From contig JAOUFI010000009.1 of the NCBI GenBank assembly GCA_029858305.1, positions 1-55,208 on the forward strand: a stretch of 55,208 nucleotides of DNA, in the 5' to 3' direction. The notes below the pieces were generated by a model. It did not search any database. It had not been told where the DNA came from and saw nothing but the letters and a program-made list of their open reading frames with translations. This DNA comes from Candidatus Thorarchaeota archaeon. GTDB taxonomy: Archaea; Asgardarchaeota; Thorarchaeia; Thorarchaeales; Thorarchaeaceae. Made by a program: the position numbers and the translations under genes. Below are positions 1 through 10,915 of the stretch, piece after piece; position 1 is the stretch's first letter, and the number at the start of each line of letters is the position of its first letter.

Positions 1-3000
1 TTATGACCATTACTCAACAGGCATTTCCACTTCACAAGTCCGAGTGGGTGTGTATGGATCAACTGGTTGGACCGTTGCTGGGAAATACCAAGTAGGCATG
101 CAATTCCCGCTTAATATTCCTCAAGGAGCGACTATATCATCAGCTCGTCTCGAAATAGAAGCATATGGTCGAATCGGGGGAGTGGTTGCTATCCGGATAT
201 ACGTAGCTCAAGAGGATAATGTCGCTCCGTTTACAAGTGGTTTACCACATCTTCAGGACAGATTTGACTGGAGCGGAGAAAGCATTGAATGGACATTGGA
301 TCCATGGAATCAAGATACACGTTATAGATCTCCAGACATTTCATCACTCGTTCAAGAAGTCATCTCGAGACCTGGATGGTCAAGCGGGAATTTCATTTGC
401 CTGATGCTTGACTACATGTATGGAAATGAATACCAAAATTATGTTCAAATAAAGGGTACTGCGAGCTATAATGGCGCAGATCTTGAGAGACTGTTTGTTG
501 ACTTTGGAGTGCCCAAGGTAGAAGATACTATCTCGGTTCTTCAATTCAGCAAGGACTTAGTTATTGACCATACAAAGGTAAATGCAGATCTTCAGGACTT
601 CCCGGTTCTCGTAGACATCTATGATAGGGATCTAAAAACTGATGCCCGATTCGATGGCGCAGACATCAGATTCATGAGCGGTACAGAAACGCTTTATCAT
701 GAAACAGAACTCTTTGAACCCAATTACAATTCGACTCATGCACACCTTAGAGCTTGGGTGAAAGTTCCTTCGTTATCTTCCTCAGTTGACACAGCGATTA
801 CAATGTCTTATGGTGCTCTTGATGCAAACAGTCAAGAAAATGCGGATCAGGTCTGGGATGATTACGAGAGCGTCTGGCATCTCTCAGAAAATACTGGTAG
901 TGGGATGTTCCTAGAAGATTCAAGCCAAAATGATCATGATGGTACTCCTGGTCAAACAACATTCATGTCAAGCGCACAGATAGGAGGCGCTAGGTATTTC
1001 CAAGACTTAGCAGGCAACTATATTCCTTTCATTGATGGCGAGAGTATATTTGATGGATGGACAGATTTTCAGTTCTCATTTTGGATTTATTTTGATTATT
1101 CAAGTGATTCTGAATGGACAGGTGTAGAACCCAGAGTCTTTGGTAAAGGTACAAGTATTGATCTGGTGAGAACATTCAGAGGACCTACAGGCTGGCCAGC
1201 TGGTTATGCTACGTTCCAGCCTGACATCCGTTTTAATACTGCAGGCACCAGTTACACGGGATTATATGTTAAACGGCAAGCTTGGAACTACATTGTGTAC
1301 AAGTATGAGAGCAGCGGAGATGGAGTATTACGCGCTTATAGTTTTGCAGATGGAGTACTAATAGATTCTGGTTCAGATACGGGAACGATAGTGGGTGACA
1401 GACTGCTTTATGACACAAATATGTTCACACTTGGCATTGATGGAGGGGGCCAGGTTCATCGTGGAGGAATAGATGAGTTTCGAACAATTAAAGGCTACAA
1501 GTCAGCCGCCTGGATACAGACCGAATATACAAACCAATACAATCCTTCGAGTTTCTACTCAGTAGGTGGGGAACAAGCAACCGAGTTCTCGAGCAATGCA
1601 GAGCTTCAGTTTTCTTCAACTGCTCAATCTATTGTCGAAATCTTGCCAAGACTAAAATTGAATGCAACATATCAAGGTTTAACACTCGATGAGAACTTTA
1701 AACCAGGAACATCATTCAGCGTGAGTAACGGCACTGACGCTACTTGGATTGCAAACGTATTGGTGAGTCCTCCACTAGGAGTGAGTCAACTCAATCTCAC
1801 ACTAGACAATCCCAGCACATGGACATTGACAAATGTCACAGATCCACTTGGTCGGAACCGACTCCTAGAAGTAACCACAACAGGCACGCAGACGATGGTA
1901 TCATCGTCAGTGCTAGATGTCTTGGGCATCTGGACATTCATATTCTCATCCACAAATGAAGCATTAGGGCTTGAGTGTGGTGCAAATGCTGAAGCATATG
2001 GCATTACGACATCACTTCAGACAGGAGACCTTGCGAAGTTCAGAGGCACAGCTTCAATAATTCCCGGTTCAGCAATGAGGCTCCATTTGATAGACCCAAG
2101 CGGGCAGCTCTACAATAGTTATGATGATATAACACAGGATGGAAGTGGGCAGTTCGAGTGGACTGGAATCAGTGTAACTTCCGCTTGGCCAAGTGGTCTC
2201 TGGCAGGCTCATGTTGACTTCAATGAGACAGCAGACTCGGCTCCAATCCGCGTTGGTAGGTACAGTAGATACTTCACAGTACAGCATGCCTCATCACTTC
2301 AGTTAGTATCCCCATCTGATGCGGTGGGAGATGGCGTGGCTGTCAGAACAGCAGGCGACCTTCTCACTGTGGAGGTACAGCTGACAGACACAGTCACAAC
2401 AGAGAACATTGTAGGTTCTACTGTCACAATGAATTGGACCGTTTTAGGCATAGAAACGATACTCCAACTAGAAGACTATGGAACAGGGATATATGGTAAG
2501 ACTGTGAATACGTCAGATCTAGGTCAGCCCGGAAACTGGAGAATTAATATCCAATCAAGCCACCCCAATCTAACTGATAGCATGACATATTTTGACTTGC
2601 AGCTATCACATCTGACAGTACTTACCTATTCAACTCCACCTTCGACACCATATGGTGACGATTTTTCAGTTCTTGTGACTCTCAAGGATGATATCACAGG
2701 TGCCAGATATTCTGGAGCTAGTTTCAATTCCAATGGGAGTATTGTTGGCGTTTCAGACTACAATAATGGAACATATCTCATTGAAATCGATTCTACTGGT
2801 CTGAGTATCGGTGTTTACGCTTTCCAAATTCAAGCAACTCCATCTCAGAACTTCGTCCTCGGCAGCTCGGTGCAAGTTGTCTTCAACTATAGGGAGATTG
2901 CTACAGATCTTGCTCAGATTGGCGTAAGTCCAGTTGGTGTTCCATGGGGACAGAATGCTAGCATATCGCTTGAGTGGCAGGACATTGATCATGGTGGTTC

Positions 3001-6000
3001 TGGTATTTCAGGAGGATTGCTCAGCGGTGATGGCACATTTGTGTACATTGACAACCTTGATGGTACATATGCTGTTGAGATTGATGTCGATTCATTTGAG
3101 ATTGGTGTGCACCTCTTTAATTTCACAATTACAGGTATTAATCACCAAACTGGACATATCACAATCACGGTAAGTGTGATACCACACAGAACATTGGTAG
3201 TAGCCTCATGTCCAAGCATAGTAGCCTTGGGTGCAAATGCATCCGTAACGCTCACATTAATGGATTTAGAACTTGGAAATACAATCATCAGTGGCAACCT
3301 CTCAAGTGTATTGGTGGAATGGAGCGGAGGGTCTTCGATTTATGGATCACTCCTATTCACGATTCATACACAGAATTGGACCATAGGTACCTATACGATA
3401 CACATTACAGTCCGCACAACAGGTTTTCCACGATATTACCACGATGCAGAAACAATCATAGTTTTGGACATTCGAAAATTGAGTGCTTCTCTCACATGGG
3501 ATAACTTAGATGTAATCCCAATTGGTGATGATTTTGAAGTAACTACTCATGTTACAGTGAACGATTCTACTTCAATATATCATGAAGCACCAGTGAACAA
3601 CCTTCTCCAGAGTCAATTCACAATTCGTGCTCAGAATGGGACAATCTACAGCATCAATTCATTCAGTTTTTCAGGTTCAGGAACATATGTCCTGACACTT
3701 AGCTATTCTCTCTTTACCAATGGCACATATGGAATAAGGATCTATTTGACATTTGGCTTGGCTGAAAACTACTCTGGCACTCAGACTCCACTCATCATCT
3801 TTGAATATGCTGCTGCCCGTAGTGACCTGAGCTCACCAGACTATCCTCTCATGACAATATCCTTCAGTACAAATGCCATAGTCACTATCGAGTTCATTGA
3901 TATCGACAGAGGAATTGGTATCGATACAGCAATCATCTACGTAATCGGTGCTGAAAAGCTGAGTCAACAGTTGATAAGCAGTGGAAGATATAGAGTGACT
4001 CTGAATACATCAACATGGACTATTGACTCTTATCTTGTGAACTTTACAGCATCTGCACTGAATTATGAAAACCAGACCATATCAATTAGCATCGAGATTA
4101 GACAGATACGAACATTCGCGACAGCAACTGTTAGTCTTCTCGACATTCCTGTTGGAGATAGTAAGTCGTTCTATGTTGATTATAGGGATATGGACCATGA
4201 TGTTCCTATAGTCACTCTAAATCATATCTGCAATTGGACACTGATTCACTACGATATTATCTGGACTGGTACACGTTATCAGGTCACGATTCGCACATTT
4301 GACTCAGACGCTCTAGGAACATATGTTTTGAGATTCAACTTCTCTGTAGGCGTGGAATATGAAAATGCGTCGTTTACAGTATCAGTCGTGATTCGAACAA
4401 TATCGACAGAACTGAGGTTTCTAGCTCCTGTTGAGGAAACTACATCCTCAAGCAATATTAGCATTTCAGTATATTATGGAGATCGAGATCATTCAACTGG
4501 AATAGTTTCGTCATTTGTGAGCTGCTCAATCTGGAATTCTACAGATCCATTACTATTCTTCTGGTTCAATGGTTCTGCCCCTGGTAACTATGAGATTAGG
4601 ATTGATGCTTCACAGTTCAATAGTCTAGGGGTTCAGCATCTTACAATCTATTTCATTTGGACTGGAAGTATCCAGAAATATCAAGATAAAGTTCTATCTG
4701 TTGATGTCGAGATAATTGGTGAAGACACTGAACTAACCCTTATCCAATCTGCTCAACCCTCCCCCTGTCTTGAATATATGGTCTATACGTTCCTCTACTC
4801 TCAGGCATCTACAGGCATGGGAATTATGAATGATACTGGAAATGTTCTCATTAGTGTCGATTTCACTGGATTGGCTATTGACCTCTCACAAGTTGATATT
4901 TGGGAAGTAAACAGAACTGGAAGTCCCGGACAATATTCTGTGGGATTCAACAACTCAATACTTGGACGCACAGGTCTTTTTGTCATGAATATATACATCA
5001 ACTGGTCTGAGGCTGTATTCCCATACTATACAGATAGAGTGGACTTGATTTCAGTCAGAGTTCTCCCAAGAAGTGCCCTCCTTACAATCATCCCTCCAAC
5101 TGGCGTTTCATATGGGGAGAATGTCACATTTTCATTCACATATGACGATACAACTGGAGGTTCATCGAATCCTGTTGTCTATAATCCCATTTCAATGATA
5201 ATCACATTGAACGTTCCTGACTTTTCATTTTACTACAATGCGATTGATAGGCTATACACTCTCTCATTCAACACGAGCCAACTTGGTGAACCTTTGGGAC
5301 TGAGAACAGTGATTCTTGATGTCACCTGGGCAGGTCTTCCGTTCTACACAAATGTGACAGGAAAAGTCATATCATTGACTCTAGCCGCCAGGCAGACATC
5401 ATTAACATATCCGACACCATCTAATACTCCATATGGAGACCTGGCTACCTTTACGATTGTCTTTCTTGATGTTGCTGGAGCTACACCTCAAGATGTGCAA
5501 GGAACGATAATAACAATCTACAATGGCGCGATTCAGATACCTGTCAGCTATCTCAATATTGTAGTGCAAGGATCGGGTCGTTATCGAATTGAGGTCAACA
5601 CATCATACTTCAACCAACCAGGCCAGTATGACCTCATGGTCAATGCTTCGTCTAATCAATTTTATTATCAATATAGGCAGTTAACAAGGATTCTAACAAT
5701 AAATCTTAGAGAAACTCTACTGACCGTCGAGCCCCCAAGAGAAACTCCCTATGGCACTCCACTCATTTTTGTTTTGCATTATCAGGATCTCAATACTCTC
5801 GATCCTATCGGAAACAGCACACAACTCATGACGATGGTGGAGATTCTTAATGGTAGCAGCTGGATATTCACATGCGTATGGCGACCTTCACTAGAGAACT
5901 ATCTTATTACGATCGAAACAAGCAATCAGATACTAGCAATAGGAAACTCCTATTTTCTATGGCTCAATTTCAGTACTGAGAGCAAGGCCCCATTCTATGA

Positions 6001-9000
6001 TTGGCAAGACATACTTGTATCATTCCAACTAAGTGAGAGAGATACGAGTATAGACCTAATTTCTGCGCCACTTCAGACTCGTTATCAAGACTACGCAAAC
6101 TTCACAATCCTCTACAAGGATATACTATCATCGTCTGGTATTTCTGGAGGCACAATCAACATTTTCTTTGGAGTAACTCTTCTACAACCATCAACAGACT
6201 ATTTGATCACATTGATTGGCTCAGGAACATACAGAATTAGTGTTGATACATCCTCGTTGGGTTCACCTGGAACAAAATCACTCACAATCACTGCGAACTG
6301 GACAGGAGGTGTTCCCTACTATGGTAATTGCCAGCGTACAGTCAATATTCAGGTCATCTGGCGTCCATCAAGTGTCGAAATCTTGGTTCCACCACAAGAC
6401 ACTTGGTTCCTCGAGAATGTAACCTTCGACTTTGTGTTTACGGACTTGGCAACCGGCGAGGGAGTGATGGTTACTATGGGCGCTGTGAGCATTTTTAATA
6501 ACGGAGTATTACTCACAACTGCCCAATATACGATTACCCCTATAGGACTTCTATTTAGAGTCAGTATGAACTCTACAATAATCAACGCGAATCTGGTCAA
6601 TAAATGGAACGTATCAGTTCTTGTCACATGGCCAGGAGGAGCACCCTATTACAAGGATGATTCCACTACAGTATATGTCACTACTATTGGTAGAGTTGGG
6701 AATGTCGATCTACAGCAAATTAATGATACAGCCTTTGGAGACATCATGAATCTTACTCTAATCTACACAGATCAGAAATCCGGAGTTCCAATTGAAGGAG
6801 CCTCGATCCTTCTTGACTGTATTGAATCACCAGGTCTGGTAGAAGGAAATGATTACTGGATACAAGTTGGTTCAGGATTTGAATCAGGTACATACAGAAT
6901 CTTGGTTAATACATCATCATTAGGGAGTCTTGAATTATTCACATTTGAGATTGATATCATATGGAACTCATCACAGGCACCATACTACAGGAGTATCACA
7001 GGCCTACTGGCCAAAGGAGTTGTAAGAGAAATTCAGACCTCACTATCCAGTGATATTCCAACGCCTTCGGTGGTTGCATTCTATGAGTTAATCTCGTTCA
7101 TCATCGAGTTCACTGACATTGATCATGGATTGGCCATTAATGGAGCGGAAGGATTCATCACAGTAAAGTACTCTACAGGTCTAGAACCATCCTATTGGTC
7201 AGTATATGCAATCGGTGCAGGACAATATAACATCACTTTGAACATGACTGATTCACTGACAACTGGTCTCCAGACGCTTATCATATCAATTAACATGTCT
7301 CCCTATCAGGAAGCTGAAACACAAGCAGTGTTTGGATTGAGTACTAGAATAGCGGGCTTATCTGCCAATCTGGCGCCTACTAACTATGCGGGATATTTGG
7401 TATATGTCACAATTTTTCTATCAGACTCTGACGCAGATGATGCACCTCTAACTGGTGCATCTCTGAGTTTGACTTGGGCAGATTTGCACACTTATGTTGA
7501 CCTTGGTGATGGACGTTATAACATCACACTCTACACATCCAATCTCAACTTCGGGTCTCATCTACTGACTGTACAAGGCAATTTGACTCATTACACTATT
7601 AATCCCCTTAATGTTAAAATCAATCTCCTTGCTGTTCCATCAGAGCTTATTGTGTCATGGATGGGACCAAGGGGCGACAGAGAGATATTCTGGGGTGAAA
7701 CCCTAACCATCTATGCATCAATCAATGATACTCTTAGAAATCAAACAGTTTCCACAGCCTTCATAATTTTTGATTGGGATGGTGGTACTGGATCATTCTC
7801 ACCAACTGCGATGATAGGCAACTACTCTGCTTTTCTGGATACTAGTCTAGTAAGTGTGGCTGATACAATAGTAATCAGAATCGAAGGATCATCGCCTAAT
7901 TACATCAATGCATCATATTTACTGATCTTCAGACTATTGCCCCGGCTCATGGAAGTCATACCTGAAAATAATCAATATGTCTACTCAGTAGCTTGGGGAG
8001 GCATAATAGACATCATTGTATATTTAGAAGATCCACTTGATGGAAGTAAAATCACTGATGCAACTCTCATAGCAGGCTGGGATTATGCTAGTGGGCTCAG
8101 TCTTGTTGAGGTACCTGGGAGACCTGGATTTTATCAGGTGACTCTATCAGCTGGATCGGCAGGCTTTGGCAGCTATGAAATCCAAATAGACGCTAGCAAA
8201 GAAAACTATGGAAGTTCTTCAGCGATTCTAATCCTTTCAATAGCTGAGATTCGAATGGTCATGTGGCTTGACAATAATACCGTCACCTATGAGTACACAC
8301 CAGTCTACTGGTCACAGATTGTAAGGATTGGTGTCTATGTTGTTGCTCCCGCTCTGAACCCATCAGATCCACTGTCAACTGGACTCACAAATCTATTAGT
8401 GACTTGGTACTCTCCGGAACTAGGTCGGAATGGTACACTTGCTAATGGGACACTAATAGGAGGCCCAGGATACTATTATTACGACTTCAATACTAGTGAA
8501 GGCATTGCGTCGGTGCACACGTTCAAGATTAGGGCATTACCTCCGACTACGGATTATACAGATGCTGAGAATTCCACATCTATTTTAGTTAGGAACTTGG
8601 TGGCGACGATTATTTCTCCAGGTTCGCCTGAATTCTCTTGGGGATGGTCAGGTTTCATTAACTTCACCTATTATGATTCATTCCACGATGTGGGGATTCA
8701 AGCTGATGATGCTTCATATTCATGGGCTGGTGGAAATGGAAAAGCTATCTATCTTGGTGTAGGGCAATACGGAATACCAATCGACACCTCTATTTTAAGA
8801 CCTGGTACATACACAATCACCCTAGTCTGTCAAAGGGCAAACTACAATGATGTACGAATCATCTTTAGGATTCATATTGCTCCAGTGCAAACAGAAGTTT
8901 TACTCAATATTTCAGATGTATATCGAATCAGTGGTAGCTCAACAAATCTGAGGGTGCCCTATGGGGACATTTTGAACATCAGTCTAGTATACAACAACGT

Positions 9001-10861
9001 TTTGTTTGCTAGTGGAATTCCATACGCCAACTTCAACAACAGCTACTTCTCGGGTCCAGGTTTCTTTGAGCAACCTCTCATACTAATAGACTTGGGAAAT
9101 GGAAGTTACTCGTTCTTCTTTACCACAATTCCATGGGATCTTGAGAACATATTCTCATTCCACATTCAATTCATGCGTGAGAACCATACTACTGGTACAC
9201 TCAACTTTGAGATTACAATTATTGAGATACCAACTATAGTCAATTTGGATGGACCTTCAATAATCTCATTGAACTGGGGAATGAACACAACATTTTGGAT
9301 ATCATATTTGGATGCTTGGCCAGGTCACTTTGGTGAAGGAGTCGAGGATGCATTAGTACTTGTAAACAACGATTCACCACTATTCGCTTTGATTGAGTAT
9401 CTCGGACCAGACTCTGAAAGACCCGGATGGTACCAATTCAGAATCATTGCATCACGGGCATCTGGAGTAGCAGGAGTGAATATAACGTTCTACAAGACCT
9501 ACTACGTTACTCAATCAGTGATGCTATCAGTTTCTGTAAGTCCATCTGCAGAGGATATTGCCCTTCAAAATGCAATGACCTATGGAGGAGCATTCATCAT
9601 TGTCATGATTATTGGTGCAGTCGTATGGATTCGAATCCTCAGAGTTCCAAAGATAATTCGACGTATCAGCAGTCAAATCAGAGTGATACGCAGGGGCAAA
9701 ATACCTAAACCTGCAAAAGGTGTCCAGAGCCGTAGAGCATTGGTCACATCTATCTTCAACGACATCTATGCAACAACTGGAATTAAGAGAAAAGTTGCTG
9801 ACATTCCATCAGAGCCTATCATTGTTGAGGTTCCTGAGGTAGAAGAACTAGTAATTGATCTTTCAATTCTTACAGGAATGACCCAAGAAGAACTCAATGA
9901 TTTCAAGTTCGAGATATCCAAGATGAAAATGAGCCAGCAAACCAGCTTTGTAAGAGAAGTAATTGCGCAAGAACTGACAAGAGTTGCTACACTTCAAGGC
10001 AAATCTATTGAACAGGTGCTTCAAGAAGTCGTGGCAGAAAGAAAGAAGCGAATTGGTGGCGAGGGAACACCCACGAAGATAGAAGACTATATCCCCACTG
10101 AAGAAGCACCAGCCGTGGTGGAGCCGCCAACTGAGGGAATTGAATTTGAAGACCGTCTGCGAGAATTTGAACTCGAAGAGATGACAATTGAACTGGAAAA
10201 ACGTGGTATTCCTAAGCATGAAATTGAGTCATTCATCGCTCAATCAAGAGAGCTTCCCAAGGATGTGGTCCAAATGCTCCTTCAAAGCTTCCAGCCTCGA
10301 ATGAAAGCTGTGCCGACTGAGGACAAAATCGAACATATGACAGAGGCTGAGATTGAAGATTTGAGGACCGAGCTAGCTAGGAGAAAGGTCAGTGAGCGTG
10401 AGATTGATTCAATTATAGACCAGGCACGAAAACTTCCAAAGGAACTTGCACTTGAGCTCTATAAGGAAGAGGATGAATCGGGCAAGAAGAAACGGAAACA
10501 GAAAGTCGAGACACTTTCCGGAGCAGAATTCTATGCCTTGCGAGATGAATTGATGAACAAAGGAGTCCCTGAACAAGAGATTGAAGCAATTATGGAAACT
10601 GCAAAGACGGCTCCAAAGAAGGTGGTCATGGAATATCTCAAGTCGATTGACAAGATGCCGCAACCCGAAACCGAAGAGGTTGAATTCGAGGATACGCTTG
10701 GAGAGCTAGAGATTGAAGAACTACGCGAACAGCTTGAAAAGAGAAATCTTCCACCCGACGAGATTAAGGCAATCCTAAAGCAGGCGAAGGGTCTGCCCAG
10801 TGCCTTAGTCGAAGACCTGCTTAGAAGCATAGATGCAGACAGGGAGGAAAGGAAGGAGTAG
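1..10861 (+). CDS. Giant single-pass cell-surface protein (DUF2341-like + LamG-like domains, many Ig-like repeats, C-terminal TM helix, repeated cytoplasmic tail); 5'-truncated
   Basis: The frame is open from base 2 (YDHYSTGISTSQVR..), so the true start lies upstream of the window. LQDFPVLV..DIRF..WVKVP is DUF2341-like; VWHLSE..GGIDEFR..WIQTEY is LamG-like. Recurrent GxYxIx(D/N)TSxL beta repeats, abundant N-x-S/T sequons, and a TM helix YGGAFIIVMIIGAVVWI at ~9581-9635. Confidence 0.85.
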   Translation, partial: YDHYSTGISTSQVRVGVYGSTGWTVAGKYQVGMQFPLNIPQGATISSARLEIEAYGRIGGVVAIRIYVAQEDNVAPFTSGLPHLQDRFDWSGESIEWTLDPWNQDTRYRSPDISSLVQEVISRPGWSSGNFICLMLDYMYGNEYQNYVQIKGTASYNGADLERLFVDFGVPKVEDTISVLQFSKDLVIDHTKVNADLQDFPVLVDIYDRDLKTDARFDGADIRFMSGTETLYHETELFEPNYNSTHAHLRAWVKVPSLSSSVDTAITMSYGALDANSQENADQVWDDYESVWHLSENTGSGMFLEDSSQNDHDGTPGQTTFMSSAQIGGARYFQDLAGNYIPFIDGESIFDGWTDFQFSFWIYFDYSSDSEWTGVEPRVFGKGTSIDLVRTFRGPTGWPAGYATFQPDIRFNTAGTSYTGLYVKRQAWNYIVYKYESSGDGVLRAYSFADGVLIDSGSDTGTIVGDRLLYDTNMFTLGIDGGGQVHRGGIDEFRTIKGYKSAAWIQTEYTNQYNPSSFYSVGGEQATEFSSNAELQFSSTAQSIVEILPRLKLNATYQGLTLDENFKPGTSFSVSNGTDATWIANVLVSPPLGVSQLNLTLDNPSTWTLTNVTDPLGRNRLLEVTTTGTQTMVSSSVLDVLGIWTFIFSSTNEALGLECGANAEAYGITTSLQTGDLAKFRGTASIIPGSAMRLHLIDPSGQLYNSYDDITQDGSGQFEWTGISVTSAWPSGLWQAHVDFNETADSAPIRVGRYSRYFTVQHASSLQLVSPSDAVGDGVAVRTAGDLLTVEVQLTDTVTTENIVGSTVTMNWTVLGIETILQLEDYGTGIYGKTVNTSDLGQPGNWRINIQSSHPNLTDSMTYFDLQLSHLTVLTYSTPPSTPYGDDFSVLVTLKDDITGARYSGASFNSNGSIVGVSDYNNGTYLIEIDSTGLSIGVYAFQIQATPSQNFVLGSSVQVVFNYREIATDLAQIGVSPVGVPWGQNASISLEWQDIDHGGSGISGGLLSGDGTFVYIDNLDGTYAVEIDVDSFEIGVHLFNFTITGINHQTGHITITVSVIPHRTLVVASCPSIVALGANASVTLTLMDLELGNTIISGNLSSVLVEWSGGSSIYGSLLFTIHTQNWTIGTYTIHITVRTTGFPRYYHDAETIIVLDIRKLSASLTWDNLDVIPIGDDFEVTTHVTVNDSTSIYHEAPVNNLLQSQFTIRAQNGTIYSINSFSFSGSGTYVLTLSYSLFTNGTYGIRIYLTFGLAENYSGTQTPLIIFEYAAARSDLSSPDYPLMTISFSTNAIVTIEFIDIDRGIGIDTAIIYVIGAEKLSQQLISSGRYRVTLNTSTWTIDSYLVNFTASALNYENQTISISIEIRQIRTFATATVSLLDIPVGDSKSFYVDYRDMDHDVPIVTLNHICNWTLIHYDIIWTGTRYQVTIRTFDSDALGTYVLRFNFSVGVEYENASFTVSVVIRTISTELRFLAPVEETTSSSNISISVYYGDRDHSTGIVSSFVSCSIWNSTDPLLFFWFNGSAPGNYEIRIDASQFNSLGVQHLTIYFIWTGSIQKYQDKVLSVDVEIIGEDTELTLIQSAQPSPCLEYMVYTFLYSQASTGMGIMNDTGNVLISVDFTGLAIDLSQVDIWEVNRTGSPGQYSVGFNNSILGRTGLFVMNIYINWSEAVFPYYTDRVDLISVRVLPRSALLTIIPPTGVSYGENVTFSFTYDDTTGGSSNPVVYNPISMIITLNVPDFSFYYNAIDRLYTLSFNTSQLGEPLGLRTVILDVTWAGLPFYTNVTGKVISLTLAARQTSLTYPTPSNTPYGDLATFTIVFLDVAGATPQDVQGTIITIYNGAIQIPVSYLNIVVQGSGRYRIEVNTSYFNQPGQYDLMVNASSNQFYYQYRQLTRILTINLRETLLTVEPPRETPYGTPLIFVLHYQDLNTLDPIGNSTQLMTMVEILNGSSWIFTCVWRPSLENYLITIETSNQILAIGNSYFLWLNFSTESKAPFYDWQDILVSFQLSERDTSIDLISAPLQTRYQDYANFTILYKDILSSSGISGGTINIFFGVTLLQPSTDYLITLIGSGTYRISVDTSSLGSPGTKSLTITANWTGGVPYYGNCQRTVNIQVIWRPSSVEILVPPQDTWFLENVTFDFVFTDLATGEGVMVTMGAVSIFNNGVLLTTAQYTITPIGLLFRVSMNSTIINANLVNKWNVSVLVTWPGGAPYYKDDSTTVYVTTIGRVGNVDLQQINDTAFGDIMNLTLIYTDQKSGVPIEGASILLDCIESPGLVEGNDYWIQVGSGFESGTYRILVNTSSLGSLELFTFEIDIIWNSSQAPYYRSITGLLAKGVVREIQTSLSSDIPTPSVVAFYELISFIIEFTDIDHGLAINGAEGFITVKYSTGLEPSYWSVYAIGAGQYNITLNMTDSLTTGLQTLIISINMSPYQEAETQAVFGLSTRIAGLSANLAPTNYAGYLVYVTIFLSDSDADDAPLTGASLSLTWADLHTYVDLGDGRYNITLYTSNLNFGSHLLTVQGNLTHYTINPLNVKINLLAVPSELIVSWMGPRGDREIFWGETLTIYASINDTLRNQTVSTAFIIFDWDGGTGSFSPTAMIGNYSAFLDTSLVSVADTIVIRIEGSSPNYINASYLLIFRLLPRLMEVIPENNQYVYSVAWGGIIDIIVYLEDPLDGSKITDATLIAGWDYASGLSLVEVPGRPGFYQVTLSAGSAGFGSYEIQIDASKENYGSSSAILILSIAEIRMVMWLDNNTVTYEYTPVYWSQIVRIGVYVVAPALNPSDPLSTGLTNLLVTWYSPELGRNGTLANGTLIGGPGYYYYDFNTSEGIASVHTFKIRALPPTTDYTDAENSTSILVRNLVATIISPGSPEFSWGWSGFINFTYYDSFHDVGIQADDASYSWAGGNGKAIYLGVGQYGIPIDTSILRPGTYTITLVCQRANYNDVRIIFRIHIAPVQTEVLLNISDVYRISGSSTNLRVPYGDILNISLVYNNVLFASGIPYANFNNSYFSGPGFFEQPLILIDLGNGSYSFFFTTIPWDLENIFSFHIQFMRENHTTGTLNFEITIIEIPTIVNLDGPSIISLNWGMNTTFWISYLDAWPGHFGEGVEDALVLVNNDSPLFALIEYLGPDSERPGWYQFRIIASRASGVAGVNITFYKTYYVTQSVMLSVSVSPSAEDIALQNAMTYGGAFIIVMIIGAVVWIRILRVPKIIRRISSQIRVIRRGKIPKPAKGVQSRRALVTSIFNDIYATTGIKRKVADIPSEPIIVEVPEVEELVIDLSILTGMTQEELNDFKFEISKMKMSQQTSFVREVIAQELTRVATLQGKSIEQVLQEVVAERKKRIGGEGTPTKIEDYIPTEEAPAVVEPPTEGIEFEDRLREFELEEMTIELEKRGIPKHEIESFIAQSRELPKDVVQMLLQSFQPRMKAVPTEDKIEHMTEAEIEDLRTELARRKVSEREIDSIIDQARKLPKELALELYKEEDESGKKKRKQKVETLSGAEFYALRDELMNKGVPEQEIEAIMETAKTAPKKVVMEYLKSIDKMPQPETEEVEFEDTLGELEIEELREQLEKRNLPPDEIKAILKQAKGLPSALVEDLLRSIDADREERKE

Positions 10862-10915
10862 TCAGTCTCTTATTCGAATAGGAGTGAAATCAACAAAGAC
10901 ATGAATTTCAAAGAT

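Noticed and set aside
219-10830. Numerous 60-120 aa alternative-frame and antisense ORFs within the giant gene (and within other long CDSs)
   Set aside because: These are shadow ORFs with no motifs, fully inside well-supported genes.
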